Origin: a virus
Length of the DNA stretch: 23,266 nucleotides
Virus genome (UHGV): UHGV-0108413
Strand: one strand, 5' to 3'
Under the pieces are notes generated by a model. It had not been told where the DNA came from and did no database searches. It was given only the letters and a program-made list of their open reading frames with translations. Both the position numbers and the translations under genes were made by a program. Below are positions 1 through 8,036 of the stretch, piece after piece (position 1 is the stretch's first letter; each line of letters starts with the position of its first letter).

Positions 1-53
1 AGGGCAGCCCGGGAACGCATCACCTGCAAAACCTTCTCTTTTACATCCATCAT
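1..53 (-). CDS. Hypothetical protein, 5' end only (runs off window)
   Basis: ATG at 53..51 overlaps the TGA of the upstream gene. AGGAGG 4 nt upstream. Reading frame stays open to position 1. Confidence 0.3.
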   Translation of the reverse strand, partial: MMDVKEKVLQVMRSRAA

Positions 54-403
54 TTTGCCTCCTGCGGCGGTTCTGGTAGCGGCATCCAGTGGGTTACATT
101 GCGGCTCTGTGTTTCGAAAAATTCATCACCATTACGGACGACATCAAAAAACTCACCGTCTCGATATTGCGCATAAAGAACGAATGCGCCATCACATAAA
201 ATAATTACGTGCTGACCATCATCAGGCATTCGCTCACTACAGCTTATCCAACCATCCGGAGTTACCGGAGAGTTGCCAGTCTTACGCATGGCAATCTCCA
301 CGATTTCAACCATATCTCCTGGCGGAATTTTACAATGCTGGCCAAAGCGCCTCTGCTGCCTGGCATACTCGAGGATGTGCTCCAGTTTGGTTCGATTAAT
401 CAT
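50..403 (-). CDS. Phage protein, DUF551-like
   Basis: 117-aa ORF. ATG at 403..401 with AAGGGGG SD 7 nt upstream; start overlaps the stop of the 400..852 gene. C-terminal W/P-rich region resembles DUF551 from memory. Confidence 0.55.
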   Translation of the reverse strand: MINRTKLEHILEYARQQRRFGQHCKIPPGDMVEIVEIAMRKTGNSPVTPDGWISCSERMPDDGQHVIILCDGAFVLYAQYRDGEFFDVVRNGDEFFETQSRNVTHWMPLPEPPQEAK

Positions 404-852
404 GATTTATCCCCCTTAAGCATGGCTGCACGGCAGGCGTTCCATCCTCTCACCTCTGCAATAGCGGCAACAGCATCAACCGCGTACATGCTAAGAGGGT
501 TCGGCATTGGTTTTTCTTCCGGCACTACTGGCGCTGGAGGGGCGGCGTATACTTCAATTGTCCCATTATCAATAGGCCACTCCCCATCCTTGATGTAGTC
601 ACTTGTGCCATCGACCTGCTGTTCTGCAATGTGGAAAGCACCTATTGGTTTTGCTTCCAGTGATGCCAGTGCAATCCGTGCCAGCTCACGCACAACTTCC
701 GGCGGCGCGTAACGGTCATTCAGGTCATCCCACAGGCGTAGCATGTTATCGCTACCAGGGTGAACATCCTCGTTAGTTCCGGCAAGCGCACTAATAACCT
801 CATCGGCTGCCTCAATAATTTTCATAGCTTGTTCTCTGGTAATAGTGGTCAT
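400..852 (-). CDS. Hypothetical phage protein
   Basis: 150-aa ORF with GAGGA SD 7 nt upstream of the ATG at 852. Translationally coupled to the downstream gene. Confidence 0.6.
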   Translation of the reverse strand: MTTITREQAMKIIEAADEVISALAGTNEDVHPGSDNMLRLWDDLNDRYAPPEVVRELARIALASLEAKPIGAFHIAEQQVDGTSDYIKDGEWPIDNGTIEVYAAPPAPVVPEEKPMPNPLSMYAVDAVAAIAEVRGWNACRAAMLKGDKS

Positions 853-855
853 GTG

Positions 856-1143
856 TTAGTCCTCATCCACTTCAACGCCATCTTTCAGCGTGATGCCGTG
901 CCAATCATCAGCCCAACTGGTTAGCCCTGGCGCATCAATGCTAGGCATATAAACGCTTGCAGTGTGGTAGCCCTTATCGTTATCAATGCTGGCAACGTGC
1001 TCGCCGTTGTATGCGCTCAGCGTGTCTAGGACGCTATAAAACTTTCCTCCGGCTGCCCTGAAATCCTTTACAGCCTTCACAAGGCGATTCCACGCTTTTT
1101 CCTGTTCTGGCGTCAGGTCGATTAATTCCTGCAAAGTTGCCAT
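856..1143 (-). CDS. Hypothetical phage protein
   Basis: Start moved to the internal ATG at 1143 (AAGGAGAG SD), immediately after the stop of the upstream gene at 1145; the longer track ORF would overlap it. Confidence 0.5.
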   Translation of the reverse strand: MATLQELIDLTPEQEKAWNRLVKAVKDFRAAGGKFYSVLDTLSAYNGEHVASIDNDKGYHTASVYMPSIDAPGLTSWADDWHGITLKDGVEVDED

Positions 1144-1144
1144 A

Positions 1145-1852
1145 TCACTCTCCTTTGATGCGAATGCCAGTAGCGCGGATTGCATCGATGACTTCAGAAA
1201 CTTTGTATGCCATTACCGTTTGGTAATCATCGTGAAAATCTGTTCGATGAAGCATGCTGCTACGTTCCGGGAGCGTTATTTCCCGAGCATCCAGTTCCTT
1301 AACGCGTTCCTCCAGTTCGTAGACCCTGCATTGTTCTCTATCATCAATCAGATATAACCCAAGACATTCGCTTTCTACCCAACCGCCAAAATCATGATCG
1401 TAACGCTCACATGAAAACTCACCGTCACCGTCCTTTGTTGGAATGGTGTAACTGTCTAATGGGCCACCGTACGTCGGCACATTTCCTAATGTCGGATGCT
1501 CAATCCACATAAAAAATGCACGTCCGGTTATTGGGCAAATATCTGGCCGCCATTGGTTACGAACAGCGTTGGTTTCTGATAATTCTTCAGCGTGTTGTTT
1601 TACTTCCTCAAGCTCAACACGCAGCTTCCCTACCGTTAGCGCAATATCCTCGTTCTCCTGATCGCGGCTTTTGATGTATTGCAGGTTTCTTTCCCGTTCA
1701 TCCAACAATGCCAGCGCGATATCTGGCGAAAAGTGCTTCATAAAATCGTTAAGCGCATTAATTCGCTGATCGAAAGGCATTACAGGTGCTTCACCAGCAA
1801 TTTTTGTTTTTTCAGCGATTTCACGAAGCTTTTGATAATCAATCTTGCTCAC
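1145..1852 (-). CDS. Ead/Ea22-like coiled-coil protein (hypothetical)
   Basis: GTG at 1852 preceded by a perfect AAGGAGG at a 6-nt spacing. The track start at 1873 is also GTG and lies upstream of that SD. Coiled-coil N-terminus, Cys/His-containing C-terminus. Confidence 0.5.
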   Translation of the reverse strand: MSKIDYQKLREIAEKTKIAGEAPVMPFDQRINALNDFMKHFSPDIALALLDERERNLQYIKSRDQENEDIALTVGKLRVELEEVKQHAEELSETNAVRNQWRPDICPITGRAFFMWIEHPTLGNVPTYGGPLDSYTIPTKDGDGEFSCERYDHDFGGWVESECLGLYLIDDREQCRVYELEERVKELDAREITLPERSSMLHRTDFHDDYQTVMAYKVSEVIDAIRATGIRIKGE

Positions 1853-2016
1853 TGGTTGCCTCCTTTGCGCCACATCGCATTCAGATATTTGTTTTGATTC
1901 ACTGACGGAAAAGAATTTCTCTTAAGTAATTCCTCTCTCGATGGCATTGGCTTTACGCGTTGGCGAATAATCATTTCTGCCGGAAGAATGCCGGGATTGC
2001 ATGCAAGTCCTCTCAT
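1849..2016 (-). CDS. Small hypothetical protein (55 aa)
   Basis: ATG at 2016 with GAGGA SD 7 nt upstream; its stop overlaps the GTG start of the next gene (GTGA). An alternative ATG at 2034 exists. Confidence 0.35.
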   Translation of the reverse strand: MRGLACNPGILPAEMIIRQRVKPMPSREELLKRNSFPSVNQNKYLNAMWRKGGNQ

Positions 2017-2026
2017 GGTAAATTCC

Positions 2027-2320
2027 TCAGTCATTACTGATAGCGCCATAGCGTGAGCGGTAATTACGCAGGCGCGGGTCAATTTCAGGGAAGTGGGTAT
2101 ATGTGGCTTTGCGGAATGGTCGGATTGATGTCTGGTAAATTCGCTCGCGTTCTTCTTTCTCTGCAAGCCATATACAATGGCGAAATTCCTTTTCCTCTTT
2201 CGTTTCCTGCGGTAGCGACATTATCCGGTCGTAGTTTTTTCCGAATTTATCCAGCACCTCCAATACGGAATTGCCGGAACAGCGGCGCGGGTCATCCGCA
2301 CCATACAGAGGCGCTGGCAT
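2027..2320 (-). CDS. Hypothetical phage protein
   Basis: 97-aa ORF; ATG at 2320 with AGGAG SD 6 nt upstream. Confidence 0.55.
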   Translation of the reverse strand: MPAPLYGADDPRRCSGNSVLEVLDKFGKNYDRIMSLPQETKEEKEFRHCIWLAEKEERERIYQTSIRPFRKATYTHFPEIDPRLRNYRSRYGAISND

Positions 2321-2336
2321 GTTTTTCTCCTGTTGA

Positions 2337-2885
2337 TTATTTAGCTAACTTTTTCCAGATCGCTGAAACGTATTTGGCTTGGTGAATGGCATCATCAAGC
2401 GCGTTGTGGCGAGTTCCTTTGAATGGCATATCTCGCTTAGGGTCGAATCCTATTGCCTTCCCAAGTTCGACGATTGTTCTTACGTCGCGGTCATTCCACC
2501 ACTGCCACGGAACTGGCTGCCCTGTCAGCGAATAACTGTTGCGGAGAATAACGCAGTCAAATGATGCTCCATTCCCCCAAACCTGAACGAATTTGTGGTT
2601 AGCGTTCTTTATGATGAATTCAGATAACCATGAAAGAGCCGTTGAGAGCTCTTGAGTGTTGCTGGTTAGCGATTTTCTGGCTTCTTCACTCTGTTCCATC
2701 CACCATAAAATCGTTGAAGCGTCAGGACGCGCCCGATATCGCATTGATGACTCAAGCGAGATATTTACCGAGAACTCTTCTCCTGTTTCTCCGGTATTCG
2801 GGTCAAAGAATACCGCCCCAATAGAAATAACTGGCGCGTATGGCCCGTTGCCCATTGTTTCAAGGTCAACCATCAAGTGATTCAT
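2337..2885 (-). CDS. DEDD-family (DnaQ-like) 3'-5' exonuclease
   Basis: N-terminal VDLETMG (Exo I D-x-E) and C-terminal HNALDDA (Exo III) motifs. AAGGA SD upstream of the ATG at 2885. Confidence 0.7.
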   Translation of the reverse strand: MNHLMVDLETMGNGPYAPVISIGAVFFDPNTGETGEEFSVNISLESSMRYRARPDASTILWWMEQSEEARKSLTSNTQELSTALSWLSEFIIKNANHKFVQVWGNGASFDCVILRNSYSLTGQPVPWQWWNDRDVRTIVELGKAIGFDPKRDMPFKGTRHNALDDAIHQAKYVSAIWKKLAK

Positions 2886-2893
2886 GTAAGTCC

Positions 2894-3409
2894 TTAAATT
2901 GCGTGAATAGCGTGACGAGGGAAGGGGAGAGTTACTGGTGCAAAGGGGATGTCGTCGTCAAAATCCATAGGTGGTTCGCTGTGATTTCCCTGCTGCTGAG
3001 GTTGCTGTCTTTGTTGCTGACCATTATTTCGCTGAGGTGAAGACTGTTCATTGCCTCCTTGCTTGCCACCAAGCATTTGCATGGTTCCACCAACGCCCAC
3101 GATGACTTCGGTAGTGAACCGATCCTGTCCGCTTTGATCCTGCCATTTTCTTGTCCGCAATTTGCCTTCAAGATAAACCTCAGAGCCTTTTCGCAGATAT
3201 TCGCTGGCAATTTCTGCCAGTTTCCCGCTCATTACCACGCGGTGCCACTCCGTCTGCTCCTTTTGCTCTCCAGTTTGCTTATCACGCCATTGTTCTGACG
3301 TAGCAACGGTAAGGTTTGCAAATGCCGTTCCTGATGGTGAATATCTGATTTCTGGATCATGCCCAAGGCGACCAATAATGATCACCTTATTTACGCCTCT
3401 GCTTGCCAT
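2894..3409 (-). CDS. ssb: Single-stranded DNA-binding protein with a 15-aa extension after the DDDIPF tip
   Basis: N-terminus [16 protein letters not shown] and TEWHRVV OB-fold motifs, Gly/Gln-rich linker, [11 protein letters not shown]. The ORF then continues [15 protein letters not shown] before TAA. Confidence 0.9.
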   Translation of the reverse strand: MASRGVNKVIIIGRLGHDPEIRYSPSGTAFANLTVATSEQWRDKQTGEQKEQTEWHRVVMSGKLAEIASEYLRKGSEVYLEGKLRTRKWQDQSGQDRFTTEVIVGVGGTMQMLGGKQGGNEQSSPQRNNGQQQRQQPQQQGNHSEPPMDFDDDIPFAPVTLPFPRHAIHAI

Positions 3410-4117
3410 TTATGCCGCCTGTTTTAGCTCGTTAACTCTGATGTTCATTACCTGAACGCATTTAGCCTGCGCCTCCTCGTTTCCAGCCATTAATTGCCAG
3501 TCACGCTGATAACGCTCGATGAGTTTTTTCTTGTCAGTTTCTGTTGACGCATAATCGCTGAAGTCTTTCAGGATTTGTTCGCAGTCAACCGATGGAGATT
3601 TCTGGTTGGTATTTTCTGGTGATGGTTTGTTATCTGATGCTGGGATTGCCCATCCCGGCAGTGATGGAGGGAGCCAGTAAAATCCTGTTCCATCCTTCAG
3701 TTTTGCCCTGTGCCACCCCTGCTTTTTATCGAGAGATGTTTGTGCGAAACCTTCCTCAAGGTTATACAGATACCGACCGATTCCCCACTGAACGGCAGCG
3801 CGCTTCATTGCACCGGAACGACCACCTTTGACGGCTTCTACCTGCGTGTTTTCAGCAGCATCCCATTTGGTTACCCATTCGGAATCAATCTTTATTGATA
3901 TGCCGCATTCAACGCCGCCGTTGTTGGGAATATCGCGGTATTCATTGCGCCATCCTGCTTTGCCGCAAACATCGTCCAGGCGTTTCATGATTGCCCGGTT
4001 CGTGACATAAGCCAGCACCATAGCCCACACTTTGCCATCGCGTGTTTTACCGCTTTGCTGTATTCGCCATTCGATATCTTCAGGGCTGAATGGCTCATCG
4101 AATTTATTCAAATCCAT
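3410..4117 (-). CDS. Rad52/Rad22-like single-strand annealing protein
   Basis: 235-aa ORF directly upstream of ssb. Motifs GWRNEYRD, GGVECGISI and AVQWGIGRYLY resemble Rad52-family annealases. GAGGTG SD upstream. Confidence 0.65.
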   Translation of the reverse strand: MDLNKFDEPFSPEDIEWRIQQSGKTRDGKVWAMVLAYVTNRAIMKRLDDVCGKAGWRNEYRDIPNNGGVECGISIKIDSEWVTKWDAAENTQVEAVKGGRSGAMKRAAVQWGIGRYLYNLEEGFAQTSLDKKQGWHRAKLKDGTGFYWLPPSLPGWAIPASDNKPSPENTNQKSPSVDCEQILKDFSDYASTETDKKKLIERYQRDWQLMAGNEEAQAKCVQVMNIRVNELKQAA

Positions 4118-4216
4118 AATTCACCTCAGAATGGACACGGCCCAAGGAAATAACGCTGATTTAATACTTCGACTCGGGACAAATTAAGGCATACCCGCAT
4201 TCCTTCGCGGTCACCA

Positions 4217-4375
4217 TTATGGCGATACCAGAGAGCTTTCTGCGTGTACATGCGTCTCTGTAACTTGCTCTCCTTCACCGTGGTTGCAAGTGACATGAAT
4301 ATCTCCTTCGTTACCGATTAAATCTTTCATCTGACGAATGAATTCTTCGTCTGACCAGTTATCTGTAAAACTCAT
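4217..4375 (-). CDS. Small hypothetical protein (52 aa)
   Basis: Found by manual translation (below the ORF-track size cutoff). ATG overlaps the stop of the Kil-like gene (ATGA). Confidence 0.4.
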   Translation of the reverse strand: MSFTDNWSDEEFIRQMKDLIGNEGDIHVTCNHGEGEQVTETHVHAESSLVSP

Positions 4376-4524
4376 TTCCTGCGATACCACGGAAGGTTGA
4401 TAGCTGATTTCATCGCTTTATTTGCTTCAAGCCACATTTTTGAATCACCAATAAAGCTGGCTATTACTGCTTTGTTTTGTGCTGCACGAAGCATCTGGTG
4501 ATTGATGGCTATTTCATTGCGCAT
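4372..4524 (-). CDS. Kil-like small protein (50 aa), putative host division inhibitor
   Basis: Manual translation gives MRNEIAINHQMLRAAQNKAVIASFIGDSKMWLEANKAMKSAINLPWYRRK. Sits between cIII and the recombination genes as lambda kil does. GAGGT SD upstream; overlaps the cIII 3' end. Confidence 0.45.
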   Translation of the reverse strand: MRNEIAINHQMLRAAQNKAVIASFIGDSKMWLEANKAMKSAINLPWYRRK

Positions 4525-4640
4525 AATAAGACCTCAACTCTTTTCCATCCGTCACGTAATTTACGGGTGATTCGTTCAAGTAAAGATTCATTTAGTTGGA
4601 AGGCACCCATGCGAGCGCCTCCCGCGATTGCGTAAATCAT
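4509..4640 (-). CDS. cIII: CIII-like protein (FtsH inhibitor that stabilises CII)
   Basis: Manual translation MIYAIAGGARMGAFQLNESLLERITRKLRDGWKRVEVLLCAMK contains the lambda CIII core ESLLERITRKLRDGWKR. AAGGAA SD 6 nt upstream. Confidence 0.7.
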   Translation of the reverse strand: MIYAIAGGARMGAFQLNESLLERITRKLRDGWKRVEVLLCAMK

Positions 4641-4663
4641 GGGTGGTTCCTTATGTTGGTTTA

Positions 4664-5632
4664 TTAGTAGGTTATTTTTGTTGCGAATACTTCGCCTTTT
4701 ACGATGGCTGTTATGATATTTTTAGCAACATCTTCTGATGCGCCAACCTTGATAATGTCAGCAAGTATTTTGTTATTTACTTCTTTCCGGTGAGCTTTAT
4801 CCTTTGCTCTACGCTCTTCTTCGTCCTTGATTCTTTTTTCTTCTGCTATTCTGGCTTGCTCTTTTGCTTCAGCCTCGCGCCGGATTCGTTCAGCCTCCTC
4901 CTGTGCTTTTCGGCGTTCTGCTTCAATTGCCGCCTGCTTTTCTCTTTCAGCTCGTTCTGCTGCCTCTTTTGCTTCGCGCTGTGCTCGTTGCTCGGCTTCA
5001 ATGCGTTCACGCTCTGCACGTTCCGCTGCGGCCTTAGCTTCTGCTTCTCGCCTTGCTGCTGCTTCAATTTCGGCTTTTGCCTTTGCTTCGGCTTCTGCTC
5101 TGGCTTTCTCTTCAGCTTCTCTTTTTAAGCGTTCTTCATGCTCTCGCTTTTCCTGCTCCGCTTTGAGTCTTGCCTCTTCTCTTTGGCGGTCAAATTCGCG
5201 ATCCATCAAAATCGCTATTTCATGGTCAGACTCAATTTGCTTTGCGAGAGCTTCAGCTGCTGCCTTAGCTTCTTCTTCGGCTTTAATCCGTGCCTGTTCC
5301 TCCTCATAATCAGTAAGAGGCTGGCGCGCCTTGGCTTTCAGTTCATCAAGGCGATCGCGCACTGTCTTGCGGTTAGCATCAATTAGCTTTGGAATTTCCT
5401 TCAGTTCAGCAACAAGGTCTTTGCCAAGACCATCGAGATATGTTTTCGTCTGCGCAACTTTATACGCCAGAGAAGCGATCTCCTTTCTGCCCTTTGCCGT
5501 TGTGATATCAGGCACAAAGGACATAACTTCACGTTCAACCTTTTGGAGAATTTCTTCAATCTGGTCGGCAGACTGAAATACAGTCATCGCATTTGCTTTT
5601 TCAATAACAACTAAATCTGTTACTTCACTCAT
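4664..5632 (-). CDS. Hypothetical protein with a long Glu/Arg/Lys/Ala-rich single-helix (ER/K) region
   Basis: Start set at the ATG at 5632 (GGAGG SD); the track ORF begins upstream without an SD. About 170 residues of EAEAKAKAE/RREAEAK-type repeats flanked by globular N- and C-terminal segments. Confidence 0.6.
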   Translation of the reverse strand: MSEVTDLVVIEKANAMTVFQSADQIEEILQKVEREVMSFVPDITTAKGRKEIASLAYKVAQTKTYLDGLGKDLVAELKEIPKLIDANRKTVRDRLDELKAKARQPLTDYEEEQARIKAEEEAKAAAEALAKQIESDHEIAILMDREFDRQREEARLKAEQEKREHEERLKREAEEKARAEAEAKAKAEIEAAARREAEAKAAAERAERERIEAEQRAQREAKEAAERAEREKQAAIEAERRKAQEEAERIRREAEAKEQARIAEEKRIKDEEERRAKDKAHRKEVNNKILADIIKVGASEDVAKNIITAIVKGEVFATKITY

Positions 5633-5644
5633 ATATCCTCCATC

Positions 5645-5671
5645 AAAAAAAATCGCCCTCACACTGGAGGG
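5645..5671 (-). terminator. Putative intrinsic terminator (leftward)
   Basis: On the minus strand, hairpin CCCTC/GAGGG with a 6-nt loop, followed by CGA and a T8 run. Confidence 0.4.
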
Positions 5672-5923
5672 AAAAGAAGATTTCCAATAATCAGAACAAG
5701 TCGGCTCCTGTTTAGTTACGAGCGACATTGCTCACATAGCAGACTCGTAAATCTGCTATAGGCGCTTATTCGCATCGCATGACAACATCAAATTTTTCGA
5801 GATTACTTTGTCGCAACAATCCTTTTTCTACGCGGTCAGCTTTTCTATAATTATCAAATTAGAAATGTTTAATTACTTCTTTCGTTTCTCGCTCTATAAC
5901 TTCAACAATGTATTTCTTATTCA

Positions 5924-6202
5924 TCATTCTTCCCCCAGAGCCTTGCTGATGGCTGCCTTGGCTCGTTTGTATTCGGTTAACTCTCTGCACCCTTCGTCAT
6001 GCTCGTAAATGAAGACAAGCTCTTGCAGTGCTTCAAGCAAATCAGGAGCTGCTGCTATCAGTAGCGCATCCTCCCTTTCATTTCTTGTTGCTGCTTCAAT
6101 GTATGTGTCACCAATCGTCACACCATGGAACGTAGTCATCATCTCGTTGACGTTTCTAACCGTGTACTTCCATTTACCAGGCGTACCCTTAAACTCTTTC
6201 AT
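5924..6202 (-). CDS. Hypothetical phage protein (92 aa)
   Basis: ATG at 6202 with GAGGTG SD 5 nt upstream; the track start at 6208 is GTG without a spaced SD. Confidence 0.5.
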   Translation of the reverse strand: MKEFKGTPGKWKYTVRNVNEMMTTFHGVTIGDTYIEAATRNEREDALLIAAAPDLLEALQELVFIYEHDEGCRELTEYKRAKAAISKALGEE

Positions 6203-6221
6203 ATCCACCTCTGTTGTTTAT

Positions 6222-6250
6222 GCCAAAAATAAAGGCCGACTATGCGGCCT
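6222..6250 (-). terminator. Putative intrinsic terminator after the membrane ORF (leftward)
   Basis: On the minus strand, 6-bp GC stem AGGCCG/CGGCCT with a 6-nt loop, followed by TTATTTTT. Confidence 0.45.
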
Positions 6251-6254
6251 GAAA

Positions 6255-6566
6255 TTACTTAACCAATGATGCCGCATATTCAATTAGGAATAACTTAGGT
6301 GCAAGCCAAATCTTCAACCATTCGAAATTGAAGGCAATAATTAAAACACCCATAATTGAGCCAAATATAGGAACAAATACAGTGCATATATCGTAATAAA
6401 CCGAAGATATAAAATGTTCATCATTTGGACGTCCATCGAAAGACGTCCATCTCTCGCCATTATTTCTTGCCGTTCTTGCAAAACTAGGAAGTTTAATTGC
6501 TGCAATTAAAAGCAACAATCCAGCCACTTGGAAAAGTGCGCTATGGACAAAACTCCATATTAGCAA
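6255..6566 (-). CDS. Putative small membrane protein; AT-rich; no ATG/GTG start (TTG at 6566, or an N-terminally decayed gene)
   Basis: Frame is open from 6680 to 6255 with no in-frame ATG or GTG until near the C-terminus. Two or three hydrophobic helices (LLLLIAAIKL, VFVPIFGSIMGVLIIAF). AT-rich codons. Own downstream terminator. Confidence 0.35.
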   Translation of the reverse strand: MLIWSFVHSALFQVAGLLLLIAAIKLPSFARTARNNGERWTSFDGRPNDEHFISSVYYDICTVFVPIFGSIMGVLIIAFNFEWLKIWLAPKLFLIEYAASLVK

Positions 6567-6685
6567 CTGATGAACAACATCAGGAATCTGTGCCTGGCTA
6601 AATGAAACAGCCGCGTCTATTCCATTGCTGGCTTTTTGCAGTAGTTCTACGAGAATCTTGTTTGCTTGTTCTTCTACATCTCACC

Positions 6686-7021
6686 TCAAATAAGTGGTTT
6701 GCTGCCTAATTTCATTTTTTGGCGACCAACACAAGTCACCCCCATTTCACTGCGTGGCTTGCGGTAGTAAATACGGTTCTGTTTACGCTCGACTTCTTCT
6801 GCCTTCTTGCAGCGAAGGCTTCCGAGTGATGCTGCTTTTTCAGAAAGGCTTAAACGCTTTCTTGGGGCTTCCTGAACAGGTTCCTCACTGTCTGTGCCGA
6901 AGATCGAATCGATGATGTTGCATATAGCATCACGCTCGATAGCCAGCTTTCTGCGCCGCTCATGACGGCGAGTTTTGGCATTTCCTGCAAATGTTGATTT
7001 CCCGTACACGATTACCGTCAT
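6686..7021 (-). CDS. N: Antitermination protein N (P22-type arginine-rich motif, lambda-type C-terminus)
   Basis: ATG at 7021 with GAGGA SD 7 nt upstream. N-terminus MTVIVYGKSTFAGNAKTRRHERRRKLAIERD; C-terminus YYRKPRSEMGVTCVGRQKMKLGSKPLI matches the lambda N tail. Confidence 0.8.
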   Translation of the reverse strand: MTVIVYGKSTFAGNAKTRRHERRRKLAIERDAICNIIDSIFGTDSEEPVQEAPRKRLSLSEKAASLGSLRCKKAEEVERKQNRIYYRKPRSEMGVTCVGRQKMKLGSKPLI

Positions 7022-7140
7022 GATGTTTTCCTCATGTGAAATGGCTTTGGTGGTGATGCGCCAGATGCTGATCTTCTGGTTGCTGTCGTTGCAGCTGCAA
7101 TTCACATCACCGCCAAACCCATCTCGTTTGGTATCTGTTT

Positions 7141-7175
7141 GCGCTTTGTCAGCGCCCCATCGAAGTTAAAGAGCC
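7141..7175 (-). promoter_or_regulatory. nutL: boxA-like GCTCTTTAA and boxB hairpin GCGCTGACAAAGCGC
   Basis: Read on the minus strand between pL and N. boxB is a 5-bp stem with a GACAA loop. Confidence 0.65.
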
Positions 7176-7213
7176 TGCCAATCTGTTCCGTTTGGCGTCC
7201 TGCTGATGGCTAA

Positions 7214-7242
7214 ATAGTACGATGTGTACTTTATTGAGTCAA
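7214..7242 (-). promoter_or_regulatory. pL-like promoter with overlapping operator palindromes
   Basis: Minus strand: -35 TTGACT (7242..7237), 17-bp spacer, -10 TACTAT (7219..7214). Overlapped by palindromes TATTGAGTCAATA (7232..7244) and AGTACGATGTGTACT (7216..7230). Confidence 0.5.
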
Positions 7243-7304
7243 TACAAAATGTTCTAAATGCGGTTAGTTTTTTATAACACTTTGTATTTTATTGATTTAT
7301 ATTT

Positions 7305-7337
7305 TGGAAAAAGAAAACCCGACGCTAAGGTCGGGTT
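7305..7337 (-). terminator. Intrinsic terminator downstream of cI
   Basis: On the minus strand, 8-bp stem AACCCGAC/GTCGGGTT with a 6-nt loop, followed by TTCTTTTT; about 30 nt past the cI stop. Confidence 0.5.
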
Positions 7338-7367
7338 ATTGTTGTGTGTTTTAGAGTGGTGAGGCTG

Positions 7368-8027
7368 TTAACTAAATGTCTCTTCAGGCCACTGGCTGGC
7401 GATAACTTTCCCTACTACGGAACAGCTATCATTGCATGGGATCATTGGATATTGCGGGTTTAGTGGTTGTAGGAACACCTGACCGCTATCCCTGATCAGT
7501 TTCTTGAAGGTAAACTCGTCACCACCAAGTCTGGCTATGCAGAAATCACCTGGCTCAACAGCCTGCTCAGGGTCAACGAGAATTAACATCCCGTCAGGAA
7601 AGCTTGGCTTGGATCCTGTTGGTGCGGTCATGGAATTACCTTCAACTTCAAGCCAAAACGCACAATCACTGGCTTTTTTGGTTGTGCTGACCCATCTCTC
7701 CGCATCGCCTTTGGTAAAGGTTCTAAGCTCAGGCGAGAACATCCCGGCCTGAACATGAGAAAAAACAGGGTACTCATATTGTTTTTTAACGGGGGCAGAT
7801 GAGTATTCGCCAACAGGTGAAAATGTACCGTCGTGGTTGAATGAGACGTTATCAATACCAAGGTATTTAAACACCACACCAATCTCGTCAAGAGATGGAT
7901 GACGAGATCCGCGCAACCAGTGACCAATTCCACCCTGCGTCATACCAAGCTCTTCAGCTAACTTCTCTTGAGTTATGCCGAGCTCTTTCATTCTGGATCT
8001 AGCCAGTTCATACCATTTCATTTTCAT
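7368..8027 (-). CDS. cI: CI-like repressor (XRE HTH plus S24/LexA-like autocleavage domain)
   Basis: [29 protein letters not shown]; putative Ala-Gly cleavage site in HVQAGMF; GNSM serine and KKL lysine of S24 peptidases. Start uncertain: ATG 8027, ATG 8021 (better SD spacing) or ATG 8102 (longest ORF, no SD). Confidence 0.85.
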   Translation of the reverse strand: MKMKWYELARSRMKELGITQEKLAEELGMTQGGIGHWLRGSRHPSLDEIGVVFKYLGIDNVSFNHDGTFSPVGEYSSAPVKKQYEYPVFSHVQAGMFSPELRTFTKGDAERWVSTTKKASDCAFWLEVEGNSMTAPTGSKPSFPDGMLILVDPEQAVEPGDFCIARLGGDEFTFKKLIRDSGQVFLQPLNPQYPMIPCNDSCSVVGKVIASQWPEETFS

Positions 8028-8036
8028 ACCCTTATT

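Noticed and set aside
209-2385. Plus-strand ORFs 209..598, 1679..1897 and 2053..2385
   Set aside because: Each is fully antisense to a better-supported minus-strand gene in the tightly packed early-left operon and lacks an SD.
4790-5576. Plus-strand ORFs of 112, 160, 82 and 81 aa rich in Ser/Ala/Phe/Cys
   Set aside because: They are antisense shadows of the low-complexity ER/K repeat in the 4664..5632 gene, with no SD sequences.
5865-5927. 21-codon ORF ATGA-coupled to the 5924..6202 gene
   Set aside because: Too short to support without homology or expression data.
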